Of a stretch of 64,000 nt of DNA, positions 39,708 to 50,422 are shown piece by piece. The translations under genes were made by a program, and so were the position numbers. The number at the start of each line of letters is the position of its first letter. Within the stretch, counting starts at the first letter, position 1. This DNA comes from Escherichia coli. GTDB lineage: Bacteria > Pseudomonadota > Gammaproteobacteria > Enterobacterales > Enterobacteriaceae. The stretch lies in the NCBI RefSeq assembly GCF_036507355.1, contig NZ_AP027877.1; one strand, written 5' to 3'. The notes under the pieces are model-generated. The model was not told where the DNA came from. It saw only the letters and a program-made list of their open reading frames with translations, and did no database searches.

Positions 39708-41132
39708 TTGGTGATGGTAAACCTGGTCATAGTTTCACATAGCAGCCGACTGGGAGAAGGTGTCGGTGAATTAGCCCGTCAGATGTTAATGAGTGATAGT
39801 TGTAAAATCGCCATTGCCGCGGGAATTGACGATCCACAAAATCCCATTGGTACCGATGCCGTCAAAGTGATGGAGGCCATCGAATCTGTTGCTGATGCCG
39901 ACCATGTGCTGGTCATGATGGATATGGGTAGCGCATTATTGAGTGCTGAAACTGCGCTGGAATTGCTGGCTCCCGAGATCGCCGCAAAAGTACGTTTGTG
40001 TGCTGCGCCGTTGGTCGAAGGTACACTGGCAGCAACGGTCAGCGCGGCCTCGGGGGCGGATATCGACAAAGTTATCTTTGACGCCATGCATGCGCTGGAA
40101 GCCAAACGTGAACAACTGGGTTTACCGTCCTCCGACACTGAAATCTCTGACACATGTCCTCCGTACGATGAAGAAGCCCGTTCTCTGGCGGTGGTCATAA
40201 AGAACCGTAACGGCCTGCATGTACGTCCAGCCTCCCGGCTGGTTTATACCTTATCGACATTTAATGCCGATATGTTGCTGGAGAAAAACGGCAAATGCGT
40301 CACACCGGAGAGTATTAACCAGATTGCGTTACTACAAGTTCGCTATAACGATACGCTGCGCCTGATTGCGAAAGGGCCAGAAGCTGAAGAGGCACTGATC
40401 GCTTTCCGTCAGCTGGCTGAAGATAACTTTGGTGAAACGGAGGAAGTTGCTCCACCTACTCTGCGTCCCGTTCCGCCTGTTTCGGGTAAAGCCTTTTATT
40501 ATCAACCGGTTTTATGTACGGTACAGGCCAAATCAACCCTGACCGTGGAAGAAGAACAAGAACGATTACGCCAGGCCATTGACTTCACGTTATTAGATCT
40601 GATGACGTTAACAGCGAAAGCAGAAGCCAGCGGGCTTGACGATATTGCCGCAATCTTTTCTGGTCACCATACACTGTTAGATGATCCGGAACTGCTGGCG
40701 GCGGCAAGCGAACTCCTTCAGCACGAACATTGCACGGCAGAATATGCCTGGCAGCAAGTTCTTAAAGAACTTAGCCAGCAATACCAGCAACTGGATGATG
40801 AATATCTACAAGCTCGCTATATTGATGTGGACGATCTTCTGCATCGCGCCCTGGTCCACCTGACCCAAACGAAAGAAGAACTCCCGCAGTTTAACTCGCC
40901 AACTATTCTACTGGCGGAGAACATTTATCCTTCCACAGTACTGCAACTGGATCCGGCGGTTGTAAAAGGTATCTGCCTTAGCGCCGGAAGTCCGGTATCC
41001 CACAGCGCCCTGATCGCCCGTGAACTGGAGATTGGCTGGATTTGCCAGCAGGGTGAGAAACTGTATGCGATACAACCAGAAGAAAAGCTAACGCTGGACG
41101 TTAAAACGCAACGTTTCAACCGTCAGGGTTAA
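39708..41132 (+). CDS. dhaM: PTS-dependent dihydroxyacetone kinase phosphotransferase subunit DhaM
   Basis: Multidomain EIIA(Man)-HPr-EI-like protein; sequence recognised as DhaM. Confidence 0.9.
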   Translation: MVMVNLVIVSHSSRLGEGVGELARQMLMSDSCKIAIAAGIDDPQNPIGTDAVKVMEAIESVADADHVLVMMDMGSALLSAETALELLAPEIAAKVRLCAAPLVEGTLAATVSAASGADIDKVIFDAMHALEAKREQLGLPSSDTEISDTCPPYDEEARSLAVVIKNRNGLHVRPASRLVYTLSTFNADMLLEKNGKCVTPESINQIALLQVRYNDTLRLIAKGPEAEEALIAFRQLAEDNFGETEEVAPPTLRPVPPVSGKAFYYQPVLCTVQAKSTLTVEEEQERLRQAIDFTLLDLMTLTAKAEASGLDDIAAIFSGHHTLLDDPELLAAASELLQHEHCTAEYAWQQVLKELSQQYQQLDDEYLQARYIDVDDLLHRALVHLTQTKEELPQFNSPTILLAENIYPSTVLQLDPAVVKGICLSAGSPVSHSALIARELEIGWICQQGEKLYAIQPEEKLTLDVKTQRFNRQG

Positions 41133-41451
41133 GCCACCGTTCGGATGGCATCGTTCTGATGTCATCCGGCAATTTACTCAGCACTAATGTTTTTTAACTA
41201 CCTGTTATATTTTTCACCAATTTATGATGATTTTTCTTCGCTAATCGCGAACCAAACGCCGCTGGCTGGCTAATAAACAGACGTTATTTGATCACTCTAT
41301 TTCGCCGTTATTTATCCCTTTAATTCCCTTTTCTAAAATGCCTGACAGTTCGCAGAATGAGATTTCGATCATGCAGCTAGTGCGATCCTGAACTAAGGTT
41401 TTCTGATACTTGAATACCGTTTTATTCGGTTTCGCCTAAGGAGAATGATTG

Positions 41452-43149
41452 ATGAAATCCCCCGCACCTTCTCGCCCGCAAAAAATGGCGTTAATTCCAG
41501 CCTGCATCTTTTTGTGTTTCGCTGCGCTATCGGTGCAGGCAGAAGAAACACCGGTAACGCCACAGCCGCCTGATATTTTATTAGGGCCGCTGTTTAATGA
41601 TGTGCAAAACGCCAAGCTTTTTCCGGACCAAAAAACCTTTGCCGATGCCGTGCCAAACAGCGATCCGCTGATGATCCTTGCTGATTATCGGATGCAGCAA
41701 AACCAGAGCGGATTTGATCTGCGCCATTTCGTTAACGTCAATTTCACCCTGCCGAAAGAGGGAGAGAAATATGTTCCGCCAGAGGGACAGTCACTGCGCG
41801 AACATATTGACGGACTTTGGCCGGTATTAACGCGTTCTACCGAAAACACCGAAAAATGGGATTCTCTGTTACCGCTGCCGGAACCTTATGTCGTGCCAGG
41901 CGGACGTTTTCGCGAGGTATATTACTGGGACAGTTACTTCACCATGTTAGGACTTACCGAAAGCGGTCACTGGGATAAAGTCGCGGATATGGTGGCCAAT
42001 TTTGCTCATGAAATAGACACTTACGGTCATATTCCCAACGGCAACCGCAGTTACTATTTAAGCCGCTCGCAGCCGCCCTTCTTTGCCCTGATGGTAGAGT
42101 TACTGGCGCAGCATGAAGGCGATGCCGCATTGAAGCAATACCTGCCGCAAATGCAAAAAGAATATGCTTACTGGATGGACGGTGTTGAAAACCTGCAAGC
42201 CGGACAACAGGAAAAACGCGTTGTAAAACTTCAGGATGGTACCCTTCTCAACCGCTACTGGGACGATCGCGATACGCCACGACCAGAGTCATGGGTGGAA
42301 GATATTGCCACCGCTAAAAGCAATCCGAATCGACCTGCCACTGAAATTTACCGCGACCTGCGCTCTGCTGCTGCGTCTGGCTGGGATTTCAGCTCGCGCT
42401 GGATGGACAATCCGCAGCAACTAAATACCTTACGCACCACCAGCATCGTACCGGTCGATCTGAACAGCCTGATGTTTAAAATGGAAAAAATCCTCGCCCG
42501 CGCCAGCAAAGCTGCCGGAGATAACGCGATGGCAAACCAGTACGAAACGCTGGCAAATGCCCGTCAAAAAGGGATCGAAAAATACCTGTGGAACGATCAA
42601 CAAGGCTGGTATGCCGATTACGACCTGAAAAGTCATAAAGTGCGCAATCAGTTAACCGCGGCCGCCCTGTTCCCGCTGTACGTCAATGCGGCAGCGAAAG
42701 ATCGCGCCAACAAAATGGCGACGGCGACGAAAACACATCTGCTGCAACCCGGCGGCCTGAACACCACGTCGGTGAAAAGTGGGCAACAATGGGATGCGCC
42801 AAATGGCTGGGCACCGTTACAGTGGGTCGCGACAGCAGGATTACAAAACTACGGGCAAAAAGAGGTGGCGATGGACATTAGCTGGCACTTCCTGACCAAT
42901 GTTCAGCACACCTATGACCGGGAGAAAAAGCTGGTGGAAAAATATGATGTCAGCACCACCGGAACGGGGGGCGGCGGTGGCGAATATCCATTACAGGATG
43001 GCTTTGGCTGGACCAATGGCGTGACGCTGAAAATGCTGGATTTGATCTGCCCGAAAGAGCAACCGTGTGACAATGTTCCGGCGACGCGTCCACTCAGTGA
43101 ATCAACAACACAGCCGGTAAAACAAAAAGAGGCGGAACCTACGCCTTAA
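41452..43149 (+). CDS. treA: Periplasmic trehalase TreA
   Basis: Signal peptide plus glycoside hydrolase family 37 sequence (…[15 protein letters not shown]…); AAGGAGAA RBS upstream. Confidence 0.9.
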   Translation: MKSPAPSRPQKMALIPACIFLCFAALSVQAEETPVTPQPPDILLGPLFNDVQNAKLFPDQKTFADAVPNSDPLMILADYRMQQNQSGFDLRHFVNVNFTLPKEGEKYVPPEGQSLREHIDGLWPVLTRSTENTEKWDSLLPLPEPYVVPGGRFREVYYWDSYFTMLGLTESGHWDKVADMVANFAHEIDTYGHIPNGNRSYYLSRSQPPFFALMVELLAQHEGDAALKQYLPQMQKEYAYWMDGVENLQAGQQEKRVVKLQDGTLLNRYWDDRDTPRPESWVEDIATAKSNPNRPATEIYRDLRSAAASGWDFSSRWMDNPQQLNTLRTTSIVPVDLNSLMFKMEKILARASKAAGDNAMANQYETLANARQKGIEKYLWNDQQGWYADYDLKSHKVRNQLTAAALFPLYVNAAAKDRANKMATATKTHLLQPGGLNTTSVKSGQQWDAPNGWAPLQWVATAGLQNYGQKEVAMDISWHFLTNVQHTYDREKKLVEKYDVSTTGTGGGGGEYPLQDGFGWTNGVTLKMLDLICPKEQPCDNVPATRPLSESTTQPVKQKEAEPTP

Positions 43150-43178
43150 CTTTGCTGTATATCGAGGCTGTATATCGA

Positions 43179-43219
43179 GCAATGCCATTATGTGCATAAA
43201 ATTGGCATTGCTCTTTTTT
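43179..43219 (+). terminator. Candidate rho-independent terminator downstream of treA
   Basis: Inverted repeat GCAATGCCA ... TGGCATTGC followed by CTCTTTTTT. Confidence 0.5.
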
Positions 43220-43491
43220 CGCCACGAAATGCCCCCCATTCTACGGTCTATGCCTTTATTTTCTTTTATCAGAGAAGATTTTAATTTTATTTTATCAATT
43301 TGTTAATCATTACACCTCTATTTATATTTTTCGCCACTCCGCCATTCTCCCTGACAATTTTCTTGTGGAACAAAGTGTTATTTAAGCAACAAGCAAATCA
43401 TTCTGTCTCTTTAGACAAATTTTGACATCAAACATGATTTTTTCGATATATATGTAAATATATAGCGGTTTTAATTATCAGGATATAACTT

Positions 43492-44514
43492 ATGTCACTA
43501 ACCAGACGGAGGTTTACACAGATTCTTGCGTCAACATTGTTCCTGCATCATCTGCCGTCCTTTGCACAATCAGTCAATTTCTGGGCCTCACTGACGCTTC
43601 CCGAAGCCCAAAACATTACACGCATCGTCAGCGCAGGCGCGCCCGCCGATTTGCTATTGCTGGCTGTCGCGCCAGAAAAAATGGTCGGTTTTTCCTCTTT
43701 TGATTTTGCCCGTCAGGCATTAATTCCATTGCCAGAGCACATTCGCCAGTTACCCAGGCTGGGACGACTCGCCGGGCGCGCCAGCACACTCTCGCTGGAA
43801 GGGCTTATGGCGTTACATCCCGATTTGGTCGTTGATTGCGGCAATACGGATGAAACCTGGATCTCCCAGGAACGGCAGGTTAGCGAACAGACACAAATAC
43901 CCTGGTTATTGCTTAACGGGAAACTGGAGCAATCAGCAGAACAGTTAACAACGCTTGGCAAAACGTTAGGCGAAGAGCATCGCGCCGCAGAACAAGCCAA
44001 TCTCGCCAGCCGCTTCGTTGGTGAAGCTCAGGCATTCGCCACCTCACCCGCCGCTAACCTCCGCTTTTATGCTGCGCGCGGTCCTCGAGGGCTGGAAACG
44101 GGCTTACAGGGTTCGTTGCATACCGAGGCGGCGGAATTATTAGGTTTGCACAACGTCGCGCAAATCGCCGATCGCCACGGCCTGACACAGGTTTCCATGG
44201 AAAATCTCCTGCGCTGGCAGCCGGATATTATTCTGGTTCAGGAGGCCGTTACTGCAGATTTTATTCGTCGTGATCCTCTCTGGCAGGGCGTGAAAGCCGT
44301 TGCGGAACAACGCATCTTATTTTTAAGTGGCTTGCCCTTTGGCTGGCTGGATGCCCCGCCGGGAATCAACCGTCTTCTGGGATTACGCAGACTTCACGCC
44401 TGGCTGGATCCCGCCATCAATCGCCAGTTTAAAAGTGACATGCAGCATTACGCCCAACTGTTCTGGCATTGTTCACTCAGTGACGCCGACTATCAAAAAT
44501 TGGTGGCGAGCTAA
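43492..44514 (+). CDS. Periplasmic substrate-binding protein of an iron-siderophore/cobalamin-type ABC importer (340 aa)
   Basis: Twin-arginine-like signal (MSLTRRRFTQIL...); first gene of a coupled binding-protein/permease/ATPase set. Confidence 0.6.
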   Translation: MSLTRRRFTQILASTLFLHHLPSFAQSVNFWASLTLPEAQNITRIVSAGAPADLLLLAVAPEKMVGFSSFDFARQALIPLPEHIRQLPRLGRLAGRASTLSLEGLMALHPDLVVDCGNTDETWISQERQVSEQTQIPWLLLNGKLEQSAEQLTTLGKTLGEEHRAAEQANLASRFVGEAQAFATSPAANLRFYAARGPRGLETGLQGSLHTEAAELLGLHNVAQIADRHGLTQVSMENLLRWQPDIILVQEAVTADFIRRDPLWQGVKAVAEQRILFLSGLPFGWLDAPPGINRLLGLRRLHAWLDPAINRQFKSDMQHYAQLFWHCSLSDADYQKLVAS

Positions 44515-45494
44515 TGAGAATCGTAAACGGATGTATTTTGCTGCTGGCAGCTATCAGTATCACTTTTGCCGCCGTAAGTGGGGCTTATCATCTCGATATG
44601 CAGCAACTGCTGGCGCTAATTCTTCGTCAAGAAAATGTTCCTGTGCAGGAACAAATTGTCTTCTGGCAAATCCGCGTGCCGCGTATTCTTGCTGCGCTGT
44701 TACTGGGCGCGGCGCTGGCAGAAGCCGGAACCACCTATCAGGGAATGTTGCGTAATCCCTTAGTTTCACCGGATATTTTAGGCGTCTCCGCCGGTGCCGG
44801 ACTTGGTGCCTGCACGGCAATTCTGTGGGGATTATCCATTGTTTACATCCAGCTGTACGCATTTTGCGGCGGGCTGATGGTGGTCGCGGGCGTCTGGTTG
44901 ATTACGCGTCGGGTGACCCGCCACGATCCGATCTTAACCCTGGTGCTGGTAGGCATTACGTTAGGAACGTTGTGCGGTGCGGGGATATCGCTAATTAAAA
45001 CGCTGGCCGATCCTTACACCCAGTTACCGTCAATTACCTTCTGGTTGCTGGGGGGACTGTCCACCGTGACCTTACGCGATCTCTGCTATGCTGCACCGAT
45101 CATTCTCATAGGCTCCTTGCCCCTGTTTTTTCTCCGCTGGCGCATGAATTTACTCACGCTTTCCGACGACGAAGCCCGTTCGCTGGGACTGAACGTGACG
45201 CGTCTGCGCTTTGGATTGATTGTCTGCGCCACACTAATCACCGCCAGTACGGTAGCAATAGCGGGCATAATTGGTTGGGTCGTCCTGGTCGTTCCGCACA
45301 TTGCCCGCTTGTTGACCGGTCATAACCATCAGCAGCTGTTGCCCATGGCAATGTGTACTGGCGCGATTCTGCTCCTGCTTACCGATACGCTGGCACGCAG
45401 CATTGGAACAACAGAAATCCCACTTGGCATTCTGACCGCTTTTGTTGGCGCACCGTTTTTCCTGTTTTTGTTGTTACGCGGAGGTCGCCAGTGA
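44514..45494 (+). CDS. ABC importer permease, FecCD/BtuC family (326 aa)
   Basis: Polytopic membrane protein with about nine hydrophobic helices; start overlaps the upstream stop. Confidence 0.65.
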   Translation: MRIVNGCILLLAAISITFAAVSGAYHLDMQQLLALILRQENVPVQEQIVFWQIRVPRILAALLLGAALAEAGTTYQGMLRNPLVSPDILGVSAGAGLGACTAILWGLSIVYIQLYAFCGGLMVVAGVWLITRRVTRHDPILTLVLVGITLGTLCGAGISLIKTLADPYTQLPSITFWLLGGLSTVTLRDLCYAAPIILIGSLPLFFLRWRMNLLTLSDDEARSLGLNVTRLRFGLIVCATLITASTVAIAGIIGWVVLVVPHIARLLTGHNHQQLLPMAMCTGAILLLLTDTLARSIGTTEIPLGILTAFVGAPFFLFLLLRGGRQ

Positions 45495-46249
45495 CTTTGC
45501 TTGCCGTCCGTCATGCGTCTCTGGGTTACTCCCGCCATCCAGTGCTACGCGACGTGTCCTTCACCCTGTCGCAAGGAACAATTTGTTGTCTGCTTGGCGC
45601 GAATGGTTGCGGCAAAACCACACTCATGCGCTCCATTCTTGGCGTTATACCGTTATTAAAAGACGAGATCTTACTGGATAGCCTCCCTGTGCAGACACTC
45701 AGCCATCGCCAGCGTGCGCAGGCTATTGCCTGGGTGCCGCAGGCGCACGACGGTATTTTTGCTTTTAGTGTGCTGGATATGGCGTTGATGGGCCTGGCCC
45801 CCACCATAGGCGCTTTTTCCGTTCCCGGTAAGCAAGAACGCCTGAAAGCCACGGAGCAACTGGAAAAGCTGGGCATTTTGCATCTGGCGACACGACGCTG
45901 GAATACGCTTAGCGGCGGTGAACGTCAGCTGGCTTTAATCGCCCGTGCACTCGTCCAGCAACCGCGCTTGTTGTTACTGGATGAGCCTGCCTCCAGCCTC
46001 GATTTCGGTCATCAGATCCAACTACTGGACACGCTGGCACAGCTCAAAAATAACGGCATGACAATGTTAATGTCGACTCATCATCCGCTCCATGCCAACG
46101 CCATTGCCGACAGCATTATCCAGGTAGAGCCAGATGGACGAGTAACACAAGGCTTACCGACCGAACAGTTAACAACAAACAAACTGGCTGCCCTGTATCG
46201 GGTTTCTGCCGACCAGATTCATCATCACCTCTCTGCAATTAGCCACTAA
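45491..46249 (+). CDS. ABC transporter ATP-binding protein
   Basis: Walker A GANGCGKTT, signature LSGGERQL, Walker B LLLLDEP; GTG start overlapping the permease stop (the track ORF extends upstream in frame). Confidence 0.75.
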   Translation: MTLLAVRHASLGYSRHPVLRDVSFTLSQGTICCLLGANGCGKTTLMRSILGVIPLLKDEILLDSLPVQTLSHRQRAQAIAWVPQAHDGIFAFSVLDMALMGLAPTIGAFSVPGKQERLKATEQLEKLGILHLATRRWNTLSGGERQLALIARALVQQPRLLLLDEPASSLDFGHQIQLLDTLAQLKNNGMTMLMSTHHPLHANAIADSIIQVEPDGRVTQGLPTEQLTTNKLAALYRVSADQIHHHLSAISH

Positions 46250-46258
46250 GGAAAAATC

Positions 46259-47071
46259 ATGCTCATTGATGATATTGATTTTGCAGACCTTTATCTGCAG
46301 CAACTCAAGCTGGCCCACCGCACAGAAAAAACGCCGGATCACTGGGATCAACGGGCGGAAAAAATGGCGGGAAATTGCGCCTCGCCTACGGACAGCTACC
46401 TGCAACAACTGATCGCTAAAATTGACCTACAAGGCGCTCAGACCTTATTCGATATGGGCTGCGGACCGGGTACCGTATCGCTGGCGCTGGCTGACAAACT
46501 CACGACGATTTATGGCGTTGATTACAGTCAGGGGATGCTGAACGTTGCCGCCCGTCGCGCCGCCGCGCTGAAGGCAGACAATGTCCACTGGATCCAGCGC
46601 GCCTGGGAAGAGGACTGGAGTGACCTGCCACGCTGCGATATTGCCGTGGCTTCCCGCTCCACTCTGGTGGCTGATATGCGCCAGGCAATGAGCAAACTGA
46701 ATAATCAGGCACGGCTTCGCGTCTATACGACTCATCTGGTCAGCACCTCGTTCGTCTCTCCAGCCATTCAGCGGGCGGCTGGTCGGGAAGTGATCGAATT
46801 ACCCAACTATATCTTTGCGCTCAACGTCCTGTATCAGATGGGAATTTATGCCCACGTTGATTTTATCCGTGGACAAAATTGCCAACAGGATAACAGCACC
46901 TGGGAACGTTTTGAGCAGAACGTCAGCTGGAGTCTTGGCGCGCTTAACGACGATGAGCGTGAGCGGTTATATCGCTGGTATCAACAACAAGATGCTCGTG
47001 CCCTCGCCCCTGCCAGCCGTGACTGGGCGCTCATCTGGTGGGATAGCGTACCGCAGGAGGCACTGCGATGA
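46259..47071 (+). CDS. Class I SAM-dependent methyltransferase-like protein (270 aa)
   Basis: Motif I LFDMGCGPGTVSLALA; sits inside the transporter cluster. Confidence 0.5.
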   Translation: MLIDDIDFADLYLQQLKLAHRTEKTPDHWDQRAEKMAGNCASPTDSYLQQLIAKIDLQGAQTLFDMGCGPGTVSLALADKLTTIYGVDYSQGMLNVAARRAAALKADNVHWIQRAWEEDWSDLPRCDIAVASRSTLVADMRQAMSKLNNQARLRVYTTHLVSTSFVSPAIQRAAGREVIELPNYIFALNVLYQMGIYAHVDFIRGQNCQQDNSTWERFEQNVSWSLGALNDDERERLYRWYQQQDARALAPASRDWALIWWDSVPQEALR

Positions 47072-47922
47072 TTTTCCTTTCTCAGGCACAAATCGATGCG
47101 TTACTTCTGGAAGATATCCAGGGCGGTGACCTGACCACGAGAGCATTAAATATTGGACACCAGCATGGCTATATAGAGTTTTTTCTCCGTCAGGGCGGCT
47201 GCGTCAGCGGCGTTTCTGTCGCGTGTAAGATGTTAACTACGCTGGGATTAACTATTGATGACGCGGTCAGCGACGGTTCACAAGCGAACGCGGGTCAACG
47301 GCTAATCCGTGCGCAGGGTAATGCCGCAGCACTTCATCAGGGATGGAAGGCAGTCCAGAATGTGCTGGAGTGGAGTTGCGGTGTTTCTGATTATCTCGCT
47401 CAAATGCTGGCGTTGCTTCGTGTACGTTATCCTGACGGCAATATCGCCTGCACCCGAAAAGCAATTCCGGGCACCCGCTTACTGGCCTCGCAGGCAATTC
47501 TGGCTGCCGGAGGACTGATTCATCGTGCCGGATGTGCGGAAACCATATTATTGTTTGCCAACCACCGCCATTTTCTTCATGACAATCAGGACTGGTCAGG
47601 CGCAATCAATCAGTTACGTCGCCACGCACCCGAGAAGAAAATTGTTGTTGAAGCCGACACGTCGAAAGAGGCAATCGCCGCGTTACGCGCGCAACCAGAC
47701 GTACTTCAGCTCGACAAATTTAGTCCGCAACAGGCAACTGAAATTGCGCAAATAGCGCCGTCGCTGGCTCCCCACTGCACGCTGGCTCTGACCGGCGGAA
47801 TTAATCTGACGACACTCAAAAATTACCTCGACTGCGGCATTCGCCTCTTTATTACCTCCGCGCCTTATTACGCGGCACCGGCTGACATTAAAGTCAGTCT
47901 GCAACCCGCAGCCTCTATTTAA
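47068..47922 (+). CDS. ModD-like protein (nicotinate-nucleotide pyrophosphorylase / QPRTase fold)
   Basis: N-terminal LLEDIQGGDLTTRAL matches the NadC/ModD family motif; start overlaps the upstream stop. Confidence 0.55.
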   Translation: MIFLSQAQIDALLLEDIQGGDLTTRALNIGHQHGYIEFFLRQGGCVSGVSVACKMLTTLGLTIDDAVSDGSQANAGQRLIRAQGNAAALHQGWKAVQNVLEWSCGVSDYLAQMLALLRVRYPDGNIACTRKAIPGTRLLASQAILAAGGLIHRAGCAETILLFANHRHFLHDNQDWSGAINQLRRHAPEKKIVVEADTSKEAIAALRAQPDVLQLDKFSPQQATEIAQIAPSLAPHCTLALTGGINLTTLKNYLDCGIRLFITSAPYYAAPADIKVSLQPAASI

Positions 47923-47926
47923 TTCT

Positions 47927-49918
47927 TTGTTAAACGGAATTTATTCTATGAGACTCAAAAAACATTATCTCTGCACAGCATTATCACTTGCCTTTACCCA
48001 GCAGGCCGTAGCGGCTCAGGAGAGCGACTCGCTGACCATATGGTCCAGTCCGGTATCATCGACGACGACCACCGTTCTCGATCAACCCACCATGAAGGCC
48101 CTGGATAAACAGAATGTCGCTCAGGCATTAAGTGTCGTCCCCGGCGTGGTGCTGCAAAAGTCAGGCAGCCGCAACGAAGAACAGGTAAAAGTTCGTGGCT
48201 TTGATAGTCGGCAGGTGCCGGTCTATTTCGACGGTGTGCCCATTTATGTTCCCTATGACGGCAACCTCGATCTGGCGCGGATTCTGACCAACAATCTGGG
48301 GGCAGTCGAAGTTTCCAAAGGGTATTCGTCGCTGCTTCAGGGGCCTAATCAGATGGGCGGAGCCATTAATATCACCACCCAGAAGCCAACAAAACCTCTG
48401 GAAGCAAGTCTGGGATATCGCCAGGGATGGAGCCGTAGCCAGGACAATGCCTACGATATGCATGCTTCATTTGCCGCCAGCAGCGATCTGGGGTATTTGC
48501 AAGTCAGCGGTAGCCAGCTAAAGCAGGATTTTCTCGGCCTGCCGCATGGTGTAAATAATGATATTGCAGGCAACCACGGCAAGATGATTAATTCATCGGC
48601 TGATGATAAACGCGGCATTGTGAAGCTCGGATTTACACCACGTGAAAACGATGAATACTCACTGACTTACATTAAGCAGGATGGTGAAAAAGATAACCCG
48701 CCATACAGCGGAAAAAGTGGTCAAAAATCACGCTACTGGCAGTGGCCAGAGTATGACAAAGAAAGTTTTTATTATCAGGGAACGACCCAACTAAACGATC
48801 GTTTTACCCTGAAAAGTCGGCTGTATCGCGACACCTTTGAAAATACGCTGATGATGTACAACTCGCTGGCTGATTTGAAAAATAAAAAAGGTAGCTACAG
48901 CCATTATTCCGATTACAGCGACGGTGCCGGATTACAACTGGCAGCCGATGTGCGTGAAAACGATCTGCTGTCGTTTGCCGTTAACTGGAAAGATGACGTA
49001 CACCGGGAAAAAGGTGCGCCGCACGCCGCTTACGATCGCTATGAAGATCGTACCTGGTCGCTCGCCAGTGAATATCAATGGGCTGCTGCTGATAATGTCG
49101 ATGTCGTGGCTGGAATCAGCTATGACTGGCGCGATAGCGTAGAAGCGAAAAAACACGAGAAAGATGGCAGCATCACCCATTATGACGACAACAATCAGTC
49201 AGCTTTTAACTGGCAAGTGATGGGGAAATACCACTTTGCCAATGAAGACACGCTGGCGCTTTCGTACTATGACCGCACACGCTTTCCGACGCTGAAAGAA
49301 CGCTATACCACATCCAAACCTGCGTATAACCAGATAGCGATTGTTAACCCGCAGCTCAAGCCGGAACGCGCTCGCGGGGTGGATTTAACCTGGAATGGTG
49401 CCTTCACGCGCGACTGGGGATTTGAGGTCAGCGTTTACTATAACCGGGTGAGTGATGCCATCCTCTCGCACAATATCGATGCCGATACCATTCAAAATCA
49501 GAACAGCGGCACGGTGGATTACAGCGGTCTGGATGCCGGTATTAAGGGGAAAATCAGCAATATACTGGATGTAGGATTGAGCTACGCCCTGATCCACGCT
49601 GACGCCAAACGCAAAGACATCGGCAAGATAACCGATCTGCCAACGCAGACAATGACCGCATGGATGACTCTCAAACCGTGGGAGCCGTTAAGCGTAACGC
49701 TGTCGGAAGAGGCGCGTTCCTCCAGCTACAGCAACAGTGACGGTTCACAAAAAGCCGCCGGTTTTGCGGTGACCCACATTCGAACCGATTACACCTTAGG
49801 TCATGGCTTCAGCGTCAATGCGTCGGTCAATAACCTGTTTGATACCCAATATGCCTACAGTGAAGGGTTTATTGAAGAAGGCCGCAATTTCTGGGCAGGT
49901 GTCGAGTATACGTTCTGA
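47927..49918 (+). CDS. TonB-dependent outer-membrane receptor (about 655-663 aa)
   Basis: Signal peptide, plug-domain-like N-terminus, long beta-rich body and terminal aromatic residue (...WAGVEYTF). Confidence 0.7.
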   Translation: MLNGIYSMRLKKHYLCTALSLAFTQQAVAAQESDSLTIWSSPVSSTTTTVLDQPTMKALDKQNVAQALSVVPGVVLQKSGSRNEEQVKVRGFDSRQVPVYFDGVPIYVPYDGNLDLARILTNNLGAVEVSKGYSSLLQGPNQMGGAINITTQKPTKPLEASLGYRQGWSRSQDNAYDMHASFAASSDLGYLQVSGSQLKQDFLGLPHGVNNDIAGNHGKMINSSADDKRGIVKLGFTPRENDEYSLTYIKQDGEKDNPPYSGKSGQKSRYWQWPEYDKESFYYQGTTQLNDRFTLKSRLYRDTFENTLMMYNSLADLKNKKGSYSHYSDYSDGAGLQLAADVRENDLLSFAVNWKDDVHREKGAPHAAYDRYEDRTWSLASEYQWAAADNVDVVAGISYDWRDSVEAKKHEKDGSITHYDDNNQSAFNWQVMGKYHFANEDTLALSYYDRTRFPTLKERYTTSKPAYNQIAIVNPQLKPERARGVDLTWNGAFTRDWGFEVSVYYNRVSDAILSHNIDADTIQNQNSGTVDYSGLDAGIKGKISNILDVGLSYALIHADAKRKDIGKITDLPTQTMTAWMTLKPWEPLSVTLSEEARSSSYSNSDGSQKAAGFAVTHIRTDYTLGHGFSVNASVNNLFDTQYAYSEGFIEEGRNFWAGVEYTF

Positions 49919-49967
49919 TGTGAAAGCGGATAGCGGCATCTGTATCGCTATCCGCCTTATGAAAATC

Positions 49968-50222
49968 TTATTCTCTTCGCAGGAGGCGGAATACGCCCAG
50001 AACGAGAATAGCTCCCACCACCGCCACCAGGAAGCTGTGCAAATTAAAACCGCTGATGGAGCCGCCAATGCCAAACATGGTCGCCAGCCAGCCGCCGACC
50101 ACCGCACCGACTATCCCGAGAATACAGGTCAGGAAAAATCCACCACCATCACGCCCCGGCATGATTAGCTTGGCGATAATGCCGGCTATCAGGCCAAAAA
50201 TAATCCAGGCAATAATTCCCAT
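49968..50222 (-). CDS. ymgE: Transglycosylase-associated (GlsB/YeaQ/YmgE family) small membrane protein
   Basis: MGIIAWIIFGLIAGIIAKLIMPGRDGGGFF... recognised as YmgE. Confidence 0.85.
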   Translation of the reverse strand: MGIIAWIIFGLIAGIIAKLIMPGRDGGGFFLTCILGIVGAVVGGWLATMFGIGGSISGFNLHSFLVAVVGAILVLGVFRLLRRE

Positions 50223-50422
50223 GTTCAGGCCCTCGTTTCGATGAATCGGACGCAAGAAATGCTTACGTCAACGCTCTAAGTATAGGCAAGGGCAGGATCG
50301 ATGCTGGGCGTTTGTCGGCTGATTTAAGAACAACATGTAAAAAATATTCACGCATTTGTATTAAGTTTTGTTAACTGTGACCGATAAACCAAAGACAGTT
50401 TGTCAGTCAGGAGTTTTTCCGC

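Noticed and set aside
45353-45490. Upstream in-frame extension of the ABC ATPase ORF
   Set aside because: It overlaps the permease gene by about 140 bp; the GTG at 45491 gives a standard overlap and a normal N-terminus.
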